A stretch of 64,000 nucleotides of DNA from contig CAVRKE010000001.1 of the NCBI GenBank assembly GCA_963722305.1, positions 437,549 through 501,548 of the forward strand. The letters run 5' to 3'. The position numbers and the translations under genes were made by a program. Within the stretch, counting starts at the first letter, position 1; each line of letters opens with the position of its first letter. This stretch comes from Candidatus Levyibacteriota bacterium. GTDB lineage: Bacteria; Patescibacteriota; Microgenomatia; Levybacterales; UBA12049. This document shows, one piece after another, positions 56,382-64,000 of this stretch. The notes under the pieces are model-generated. The model was not told where the DNA came from. It was given only the letters and a program-made list of their open reading frames with translations, and did no database searches.

Positions 56382-58064
56382 ATGCTGCTCAATGATGATC
56401 AATTAAAAAAATTGCTCTTGGAACATCGCGTTGTCGATGAAGCAAAACTGGCCGTAATCGAAAATTATGCCCGGAACACCAACTCCACCCTCTCTGACGC
56501 TTTAGTCGAAAATAACGTTATTGCCGATGAAGACCTAGGCTTAATGATTGCCAACTATCTACGGCTCCCATTTGTTAATTTAGCCAAAATCCAAATCCCG
56601 GAAGACGCTTTTCATATTGTTCCGGAAAGAATTGCCAGACGCCAAAAAGTAGTGGCTTATGCCAAAGACGGAAACGGCGTCAAACTGGCTATGGCAGACC
56701 CGCATAACATCCTGGTTCAGGAAATGATTGCCAAAAAAATCGGCCTATCCGTGACCGCTACGATGGCCACCGAAAGGGACATCTACGGGGTGATCAGAAT
56801 TTACCGCCGCGATTTGCAAAAAACACTTGACCGACTGATTAAGGAAAGTTTTTTAATTACCGGCAGCCAAGACAGCGCGCCGGTCGGAAAAATTGTGGAC
56901 CTAATTATAGATTATGCCTACCAAGATAAAGCCTCTGATGTTCATATCGAACCCGAAGAACAAGAATCGTTAATTAGGTTTAGAATTGACGGAATTTTAC
57001 ACGATTTTGCCACTGTCCCTAAGAATTTGCATGAGCAGATAATCACCAGAATTAAGGTCCTCTCAAGGCTTCGAACCGATGAGCATTTGGCGCCGCAGGA
57101 CGGAAAAATGCAGATGAAGCTGGAGGAAGAAAATCTTGACATCCGTGTTTCCCTGGTGCCGATTGTCGAAGGAGAAAAGGCGGTCTTAAGGCTTTTGGCT
57201 TCAAAATTCAGGCAGTTTTCGCTAATGGACCTTGGCATGTCGGAAAAAGATTTACAAAAAATGATTAAGGCTTACGGTAAGTCTTTCGGCATGATTTTAT
57301 CCACCGGGCCAACCGGCTCCGGAAAGACTACTTCAATTTATGCCATTTTGAAGATTTTGAACACCCGGGAGAAAAATATCACTACCATTGAAGACCCGGT
57401 CGAATACAAAATTAAAGGCGTTAACCAAATCCAAACCAATACCAAAGCCGATTTGACTTTTGCCTCCGGTTTAAGGTCGATTTTAAGACAGGACCCCAAT
57501 ATTATCTTTGTCGGAGAAATCAGAGATAACGAAACTGCCAATATCGCCGTTAACGCTGCCTTAACCGGCCATTTGGTCGTCTCGACCCTGCATACCAATG
57601 ACGCCGCCACTGCCCTACCAAGACTGACGGATATGAAAGTCGAACCGTTTTTGGTGGCTTCTACCGTCAATATAATAGTAGCCCAAAGGTTGGTCCGTAA
57701 GATTTGTGATAACTGCAAAACGCCGGTTAAAATCCCCTACCGCGATTTAGCCGCACATTTATCTCCGGCGACAATCAGCGCGCATTTTGGCGAGGAAGCC
57801 AGAGAACTTCAAGTTTACCAGGGACAAGGCTGTAAAGTCTGCCACATGTCAGGCTTTCAGGGACGAGTCGGTGTATTCGAAGTATTGGAAGTCAGCGAAA
57901 AAATCCGCAAACTGATTGTCGAAAAAAACGATTCGGACGTTATCTTAAAAAAAGCCATCGAAGAAGGCATGACCACGATGCTTGACGATGGACTGGATAA
58001 AGTTGCCAAAGGCGTCACCACTCTTAGTGAAGTCTTAAGAGTGACTAAAACCGAAACAGCATGA
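56382..58064 (+). CDS. pilB: Type IV pilus assembly ATPase PilB (GspE family)
   Basis: GspII_E N-domain, Walker A GPTGSGKTT, Asp and His boxes, and the tetracysteine CDNC...CKVC motif. Confidence 0.9.
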   Translation: MLLNDDQLKKLLLEHRVVDEAKLAVIENYARNTNSTLSDALVENNVIADEDLGLMIANYLRLPFVNLAKIQIPEDAFHIVPERIARRQKVVAYAKDGNGVKLAMADPHNILVQEMIAKKIGLSVTATMATERDIYGVIRIYRRDLQKTLDRLIKESFLITGSQDSAPVGKIVDLIIDYAYQDKASDVHIEPEEQESLIRFRIDGILHDFATVPKNLHEQIITRIKVLSRLRTDEHLAPQDGKMQMKLEEENLDIRVSLVPIVEGEKAVLRLLASKFRQFSLMDLGMSEKDLQKMIKAYGKSFGMILSTGPTGSGKTTSIYAILKILNTREKNITTIEDPVEYKIKGVNQIQTNTKADLTFASGLRSILRQDPNIIFVGEIRDNETANIAVNAALTGHLVVSTLHTNDAATALPRLTDMKVEPFLVASTVNIIVAQRLVRKICDNCKTPVKIPYRDLAAHLSPATISAHFGEEARELQVYQGQGCKVCHMSGFQGRVGVFEVLEVSEKIRKLIVEKNDSDVILKKAIEEGMTTMLDDGLDKVAKGVTTLSEVLRVTKTETA

Positions 58065-59119
58065 AAACCGAAAATATTAGTCTTTCTACCAATGACAAAC
58101 TGGCGATAATCAGCAATTTGGCCACCATGCTTAAGGCCGGAATTCCAATTTTAGAAGCGGTCCAATCGCTGCAAGAAGATTCAAAAGGCAACCAGAAGAA
58201 GGTCCTCGATACCTTAGCCGAAGATTTAATCCAGGGGAAAGGGGTTAATTTTACCTTTGCCCGTTTTCCCAGAGTTTTTGACCAAGTAACGGTCAATGTT
58301 ATTAAAGCCTCCGAGAACGCCGGTACGCTCGATACCACCTTAAATGATTTAAAAGCCAGCATTAAAAGAGACATTGAGTTTAACGACAAAATAAGGGAAG
58401 CCATGGTCTACCCGGTTTTAATTTTTATCGTTTTTATCGGCATTTCTTTAATGATTTTGACTTTCGTCATCCCGAAAATCGCGGTTGTTTTTAAAAACTT
58501 AAACGTAAACATGCCGTTTGTCACTAAAGTAATGATTTTTATGTCAAACCTAATCTTGCAGCAAACGATTCCGGTCATCATTGCCCTGGTGGCGATTATT
58601 TCCGGTTTGGTCTTTTTCTACAAAAAACAAAAAAAGAATATTTTTAACCTAATTTCAAAACTGCCGTATATTTCCGACTTAACCAAAAAAATTGATGTTA
58701 CCCGGTTTGCCAGAACTCTTTACCTTTTATTAAGCTCCGGCATTCCCATCACCTCCGCTTTACAACTCAGCGAAGAGGTAGTTCTGCGAAAAGACGTCAT
58801 TAAAGCGATTAAGCATTTGTATGAAGTTGTCCTTTCCGGTAAGAAAATTTCCGGCGGCTTAAAAGACTACAGAAATATCTTTCCGACAATTTTAATTAAA
58901 ATCACCGAAGCCGGAGAAAAAACCGGCACTTTGGATAAATCGATGCAGGAAGCCTCCGAATACATGGATTACGAAGTTGAGGGCTCACTCAAAACCGTTG
59001 TCACCTTAATTGAACCTGTAATGTTAATTCTCGTCGGTATTGCTGTCGGCGGAATGATCATGTCGATTATTTCTCCAATTTACGGCATGGTGGGACAACT
59101 CGGAGGCGCAGGTGGATAA
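58061..59119 (+). CDS. pilC: Type IV pilus platform protein PilC (GspF family)
   Basis: Two GspF repeats with the characteristic AGIPIL/SGIPIT motifs, and 3-4 TM helices. Confidence 0.85.
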   Translation: MKTENISLSTNDKLAIISNLATMLKAGIPILEAVQSLQEDSKGNQKKVLDTLAEDLIQGKGVNFTFARFPRVFDQVTVNVIKASENAGTLDTTLNDLKASIKRDIEFNDKIREAMVYPVLIFIVFIGISLMILTFVIPKIAVVFKNLNVNMPFVTKVMIFMSNLILQQTIPVIIALVAIISGLVFFYKKQKKNIFNLISKLPYISDLTKKIDVTRFARTLYLLLSSGIPITSALQLSEEVVLRKDVIKAIKHLYEVVLSGKKISGGLKDYRNIFPTILIKITEAGEKTGTLDKSMQEASEYMDYEVEGSLKTVVTLIEPVMLILVGIAVGGMIMSIISPIYGMVGQLGGAGG

Positions 59120-59195
59120 AATGCAATCTCTAGACCAAAAAGGGCTTATCCGGCATTATTGTAAATTCAAACAGTTGCTACTAAACAGGAAGCTG

Positions 59196-59672
59196 ATGAA
59201 TAATGCTGGGTTCACTATTCTGGAAGTAGTTTTGGCAATGGCGGTACTGGCAATTCTGATGGGGATAGCCGCCATGAACTTATTGGGATTGGCCAACCGA
59301 ACCTACCAAAATACTACTGCCCAAACTTTATATGCCGATTTAAAGTCACAGCAAGTCAAAGCGATGAACGGCGACACTCAAGGCTCGGGAACAACCGGAG
59401 CTTACGGTGTTTATTTTCAAGCAAATCAATATATCCTTTTTCAGGGAAACACTTATTTATCCTCTAACCCGACAAACTTTACGGTAAAAATTCCCGATGA
59501 TGTCACCTTTACCAACATTACTTTTCCTAACTCGCAAATAATTTTTGCTTCCGGATCCGGGGCGTTTGCCAATTTTGCTACCAACCACAATTCAGTAACC
59601 ATTTCCGCCATTAACGGCACTACTCAAAAAACTGTGACTTTGAACCGTTTCGGAGTAGTAACGTCGAACTGA
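59196..59672 (+). CDS. Prepilin-type N-terminal cleavage/methylation-domain pilin
   Basis: Class III signal MNNAG|FTILEVVLAMAVLAILMGIA. Start moved to the internal Met preceded by AGGAAG. Confidence 0.7.
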   Translation: MNNAGFTILEVVLAMAVLAILMGIAAMNLLGLANRTYQNTTAQTLYADLKSQQVKAMNGDTQGSGTTGAYGVYFQANQYILFQGNTYLSSNPTNFTVKIPDDVTFTNITFPNSQIIFASGSGAFANFATNHNSVTISAINGTTQKTVTLNRFGVVTSN

Positions 59673-59726
59673 GGCTCGAGCGAGCAGAGCGAAGCGAGAT
59701 CCCGAGCGTAGCCGAGGGAGAAATAC

Positions 59727-62723
59727 TTGAATAAAATGAAAGCAAAACTAAAACTAAACTTAAAAATCTTAAAACTGCACAGTAATTTAGGACAATCTTT
59801 AATTGAGCTTTTAATGGTCATCGGCCTGGCTTCGGTCATTCTGCCGACAGTATTTATGGCAGTAATGTCTGCGCAGGAAGGAAGAGTTCAACAAAGAAGC
59901 CGCATGCAGGCACTATCTTTACTGCGCGAGGCTGAAGACGCCACCAGGTCCTACCGTGACAACGACTGGAAGACTTTCGCAGTTGACGGTACATATCATC
60001 CGACTGCTTCCGGTAATGCCTGGATATTAGCCCCAAACGCGGAAGTAATTAACGGTTTTACCAGACAAGTGGTAATTACCGATGCTTACAGAGACGCCAA
60101 CGGAAATGCTTCTTCTAGCGGAACGCTTGACAATTCAACCAAACTGGTAACAATCACGGTTTCATGGAGCACTATATTTCCTTCTTCTGTCCAATCGCAA
60201 ATGTATTTAACCCGCCATGACAATTTGGCTTATACGCAAACCACTGTGGCTGATTTTAACGCAGGAGTTTTGTTTCAATCGCAGACGACGAGAATCAACA
60301 ATGATGATGGTGATGTAATATTAGGCAATAACAATAAAGCCAAGTGGTGTTCACCGGCTTTTTCCTCGGCCACCATCAACCTGCCCGACGGGCCGCCGGT
60401 GGCGGTGGCCGCCACTGCCAGCGCCGTTTCAAATGATATTCCCAACGATGTTTTTACCGCTACCGCACCTTATGCCACCAGTTCGGTAAAACTGGCCTAT
60501 TTGAATGTCAGCGCCGACACCGATCCGCCAATTGCCACACTTGAGGGAACTTTTACGCTGGATTCCACTAAGTATAGCAGCCCGTCATATTTTCCGACAA
60601 ACATCGGCGGTCTTGATAATAATTTTCGCACTAACGACGTCAAATACTATAAATCTTCCGGGGGGAAACTTTATGCGCTTCTGGCAACCGATAATCCAAA
60701 CAAAGAAGTAGTCGTTGTCCAAATCAATGACGGAACTTCACCAACTTTTCAGGATCCTGTCAACAAAATTTACAAATACTGGACTTACTTCAATACAAAA
60801 ATCTATGCCCCGCCTCCACCAACTCTAGTCAATGCGGATTTTGAAACCAATAATATTTCGCCCTACACAACGGTAATCAATAGCGGTTCGGGATCTACGG
60901 TAAGCTCACCCGTACACTCCGGCACTTATGCCGCTAAGGTCACGACTACCAAAAACAGCGTCAGCGGCGTTGGTGGAGGCGGCGGTTGTTCGGGAGGCAA
61001 AAGAGTTTCGGTCAATGCTAATACCACCTACACCTGGTCCGGTTATGTCAATGTGCCAACTAGCGGCAATTCAAAATTTAAAGATGCCAGAATTAGAGTA
61101 GTTTACTATTCTGCTTGCACCGGAGGCTCAACGGTCAGCACCAACGACAGTAATACCATTACCACTACCGGTTCCGCTTGGACACAAGTAACCGGCGCTG
61201 CCAATTCCGGTACCGCCACTTATGCCGAAATTCAGTTATTGCTGGAATCATCATCCAACGGAACGACTTCTACCGCTTATTTTGACGATATTGCGATGAG
61301 CGCTGCCACCAGCTTTAACGACCAGTCCCCTTTTGGTTATGGAGCATCGGCAATTACCATTCTTGGCAACACCGGCTACGTTGATTCGGGAGGATATTTG
61401 TATGCTTTCGATTTAAGTAATATTGACGCTAAATCACCCACTGTTGAGTTGGACCAGGTTGGCTGCCGGATTTTACTTGACGGTTATGATTGTCAACCGG
61501 GAAACGGAACCGATAAGAAGTACAGCTCCGGAGAAACCGGAACCAACTGGAGCACTACAACCTCCCCTGCTCATAATAATTGCTCTGACGGTGGAAATAT
61601 TGAGATCAACGCAGACCATCAACTTTCCGGCGTACAAACCAGCGACGGCAAAAAATATATTTATGTCGCGGTTGGTGCCGGAACCAATCCTGAATTAGAT
61701 ATTGCTGAAGTCACCACTCCTCCAGGCAATTTGAGCGCCACCACTTGCGGAAGAGGCAACGATACCGGCTGGAAAGTCACTGGCACCTTAGACTTTGACA
61801 ACTATTCTGATCCTCAGGGAAGATTTTCGACTGAAGAAGCAGCCAATTCGGTTTACGCTAAACAGGATGCAACCGGCTCAAGGGCTTATATGTCATCGAA
61901 TGGCGGAATTATTTCCGGCAACGGCATCCCTGACAGCGACCAATTCTATATTATAGATACAACCAATAAATCAGCGCCACAATTTTTGTATACTTGGCCT
62001 TCAACACAATTGAACCCTCCCGCTCCAACTCCGCCGCATTACGCCAACACGGCGGGAACTGGTTATTACAACGGTAACTCAACCAATATTGAACTTTATC
62101 CCAGGCGCGCCCTAACAGTTTTGAATGGCGGACGCGCGGTTTTAATCGGACAGGACGGTATTCCCAATGACGGCATTGAACCGGACGAATATCAAGTGCT
62201 AAACCTGGATAATGAACAGTCCCCCATATTTTGCAACGGCTTGAATTTTCTGCCGGGATTCAACGATATGACTTCCGTCACCGAGGCTAATAACGACAGT
62301 TATGTTTATTTGGTCGCCAACACGATGGACCACCAACTGAAAATTATCCAGGGTGGTCCGGACAGCGGAATATATATCAATGCCGGACAAATTACCTCAA
62401 GTAACTTTGATGCCGGAAAAGCAACAGCCTTTAATGGTTTTAATGCCACAGTTGTGCAAAATCCGCCGACCACCAGTGTGCAATTTCAAGTGGCAGTGGG
62501 CGGAGACGACAATGCCAACTGCGCGACCGTCAATTATCAATACGTCGGCCCCGATGGAACCGCTAACACCCAATTTGCCACCACCAGTGCTGCAATTCCC
62601 CTTTCCGGTCCTTCGGGCTACCAAAATCCGGGCAGGTGCTTTAGCTATAAAGCGTTTTTAACCACCACCGACAACAATCAAACGCCAATTTTAGATGACT
62701 TTACGGTCAATTATTCACCATGA
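59727..62723 (+). CDS. Giant (998 aa) pilin-like protein with a prepilin N-terminus and a CBM4/9-like carbohydrate-binding module
   Basis: N-terminal ...LGQSLIELLMVIGLASVILPTVFMAV is a pseudopilin helix. Residues ~365-530 (NADFETNNISPYT...SPVHSGTYAAKVT...YTWSGYV...YFDDIAMS) resemble CBM_4_9. Confidence 0.6.
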   Translation: MNKMKAKLKLNLKILKLHSNLGQSLIELLMVIGLASVILPTVFMAVMSAQEGRVQQRSRMQALSLLREAEDATRSYRDNDWKTFAVDGTYHPTASGNAWILAPNAEVINGFTRQVVITDAYRDANGNASSSGTLDNSTKLVTITVSWSTIFPSSVQSQMYLTRHDNLAYTQTTVADFNAGVLFQSQTTRINNDDGDVILGNNNKAKWCSPAFSSATINLPDGPPVAVAATASAVSNDIPNDVFTATAPYATSSVKLAYLNVSADTDPPIATLEGTFTLDSTKYSSPSYFPTNIGGLDNNFRTNDVKYYKSSGGKLYALLATDNPNKEVVVVQINDGTSPTFQDPVNKIYKYWTYFNTKIYAPPPPTLVNADFETNNISPYTTVINSGSGSTVSSPVHSGTYAAKVTTTKNSVSGVGGGGGCSGGKRVSVNANTTYTWSGYVNVPTSGNSKFKDARIRVVYYSACTGGSTVSTNDSNTITTTGSAWTQVTGAANSGTATYAEIQLLLESSSNGTTSTAYFDDIAMSAATSFNDQSPFGYGASAITILGNTGYVDSGGYLYAFDLSNIDAKSPTVELDQVGCRILLDGYDCQPGNGTDKKYSSGETGTNWSTTTSPAHNNCSDGGNIEINADHQLSGVQTSDGKKYIYVAVGAGTNPELDIAEVTTPPGNLSATTCGRGNDTGWKVTGTLDFDNYSDPQGRFSTEEAANSVYAKQDATGSRAYMSSNGGIISGNGIPDSDQFYIIDTTNKSAPQFLYTWPSTQLNPPAPTPPHYANTAGTGYYNGNSTNIELYPRRALTVLNGGRAVLIGQDGIPNDGIEPDEYQVLNLDNEQSPIFCNGLNFLPGFNDMTSVTEANNDSYVYLVANTMDHQLKIIQGGPDSGIYINAGQITSSNFDAGKATAFNGFNATVVQNPPTTSVQFQVAVGGDDNANCATVNYQYVGPDGTANTQFATTSAAIPLSGPSGYQNPGRCFSYKAFLTTTDNNQTPILDDFTVNYSP

Positions 62724-63238
62724 AAATAATTCATAATTCAAAATTCATAATTCATAATTCCCGTAAGGGCTTTACGCTGATTGAACTCGCCATTTATATG
62801 GGGATTTTAGCCATTTTGCTTTTGGTTCTTTCAAGTTTTTTCAATAGCGCCATGGATACCTTGCTTTCGTCCCAGGCAACTTCCCCCACCGAACAGGACT
62901 CTAAATTTATTTTGAACCGGCTTTTTTATGATATTACCAACGCGGACAGCCTGACAATGCCCGTCAACCCCGGCGATTCGGGCCAAACCATGCAGCTTGT
63001 CCACAACGGCATCACCTATACCTATACCCTAACCGGCAATAATTTAACTTTGGCGGACAATGTCGGTACCGATGTTTTAAACAGCCCGCAGACAACAATT
63101 TCCAATTTGAGTTTTAAACGCATCGGCTATGCGGGAGAAATTCCAACCGTGCAAATCCAGTTTACAATCACCAGCGTCACCACAGCCAAATCGGGCAAGG
63201 ATTCGCAAAATTTTGAAACAACCGTTAGTTTAAGATGA
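62720..63238 (+). CDS. Prepilin-type pilin/pseudopilin
   Basis: Leader MKIIHNSKFIIHNSRKG|FTLIELAIYMGILAILLLV. Confidence 0.65.
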   Translation: MKIIHNSKFIIHNSRKGFTLIELAIYMGILAILLLVLSSFFNSAMDTLLSSQATSPTEQDSKFILNRLFYDITNADSLTMPVNPGDSGQTMQLVHNGITYTYTLTGNNLTLADNVGTDVLNSPQTTISNLSFKRIGYAGEIPTVQIQFTITSVTTAKSGKDSQNFETTVSLR

Positions 63239-63642
63239 TATCAAAAATTAAAAATTTAAATTTAAAAATTAATAATTCAGGCGGGCAGGCCCTAATCAGT
63301 TTGATATTTTTCTCTTTGGCCGCGATGGCGATTGCCACCGCCGCCATTATCGCCACACTTTCATCGACTATTGCCTCGAGTAAGTTACAAAGCGGCACTT
63401 TGACTTTTTCCGAAGCCGAATCCGGCGCCGAAAATGCCTATCTTCGGCTCCTGCGAAACCCTAATTATAAAGGCGAAACCATGACTATCAACGGCGCCAC
63501 CGTTGTTGCCACTGTTTCCGGCTCAACCAACATTACTATCAACTCTCAAGCTAGTTCCGGAACATTTATCAGAACCGTGCAAGTAATATTGCAATACACT
63601 AATGGTAAATATGTTATACAATCATGGAAGGAGGTATTTTAA
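63235..63642 (+). CDS. Minor pilin-like protein (prepilin-like N-terminus without Glu5)
   Basis: ...NNSGGQALISLIFFSLAAMAIATAAIIA is a hydrophobic pilin-like helix. Confidence 0.45.
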   Translation: MISKIKNLNLKINNSGGQALISLIFFSLAAMAIATAAIIATLSSTIASSKLQSGTLTFSEAESGAENAYLRLLRNPNYKGETMTINGATVVATVSGSTNITINSQASSGTFIRTVQVILQYTNGKYVIQSWKEVF

Positions 63643-63644
63643 GA

Positions 63645-64000
63645 GTGGCAGCTAAAAAATTACCAACCGGCATACTTTTTATCGACGCGAATCGGATTGA
63701 TATTTATAGCGCAACCAAAAATGCGGTTTTTTCCTTGGATATTCCCCAAGAAATTATTAAATATTGCGAAGTCCTGGACAGAGAAAAACTGCATCTTTTA
63801 GTAAAATCTTTTATTGAAACCAACAAACTTCCCCCTTCTTCCTTGATTGTAATTTTGGCAAAACCGATTTTATTCCAAAAAGATTTTGTGAAAGCTCAGG
63901 AAGGTGAAGCCGAAGACCAGCAGAAACTGCAAGCGCAGGAATTTGTCGATAACGTACCGTTTGAATCTGTCGGCAGCAAAATCGTGCCATTGGAAAAAGG
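63645..64000 (+). CDS. Hypothetical protein (partial; GTG start, runs off the window end); probably part of the pilus operon
   Basis: The strong SD GGAAGGAGG lies 9 nt upstream of the GTG. The open frame continues to the window end. Not present in the ORF track. Confidence 0.4.
   Translation, partial: MAAKKLPTGILFIDANRIDIYSATKNAVFSLDIPQEIIKYCEVLDREKLHLLVKSFIETNKLPPSSLIVILAKPILFQKDFVKAQEGEAEDQQKLQAQEFVDNVPFESVGSKIVPLEK

Overview
This window looks like a small, low-GC bacterial genome of the Candidate Phyla Radiation type. That is an inference from three things: a 16S rRNA gene interrupted by a ~0.8 kb intervening sequence encoding a LAGLIDADG homing endonuclease, 16S positions that diverge at the usual universal-primer sites, and a streamlined gene set. 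All calls were made by eye from the sequence and the supplied six-frame ORF translations, with no searches. Housekeeping genes dominate the minus strand: prs (partial), ybaB, dnaX, ybeY, rpsU, a HIT protein, a DHH phosphoesterase, ddl, proS, an oxidative pentose-phosphate trio (gnd, zwf, pgl), rseP, frr, tsf, rpsB, a thymidylate block (glyA, folA, thyA, two dcd-family genes, tmk), tRNA-Ile(GAU), tRNA-Cys(GCA), GT2 and GT4 glycosyltransferases, topA and dprA. Three accessory regions stand out. (1) A ~10 kb cell-surface island at 17.0-27.3 kb lies between rpsB and glyA and is bounded by AT-rich periodic repeats. It encodes Cys-rich secreted proteins with Pro-Thr linkers, an adjacent dockerin-like/cohesin-like gene pair, an orphan Avd-like four-helix-bundle protein, a tandemly duplicated two-gene cassette, and a 1027-aa Cys-rich adhesin-like protein. 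(2) An IS30 element and an IS481-family transposase gene are interleaved with two copies of a small paralogous gene, each under a consensus-type sigma70 promoter, directly between dprA and the pilus operon. (3) A type IV pilus/competence operon encodes pilB, pilC, several prepilins and a ~1000-aa pilin-like protein with a CBM4/9-like domain. The most unusual sequence-level feature is a family of at least seven miniature inverted-repeat elements with the left end GCGCGG(G/A)GAGATACAAAATTTTCG. Three copies sit in-frame inside dnaX, gnd and dprA, each adding an ...SSENFVS(P/S)RA... peptide; this resembles Rickettsia palindromic elements.
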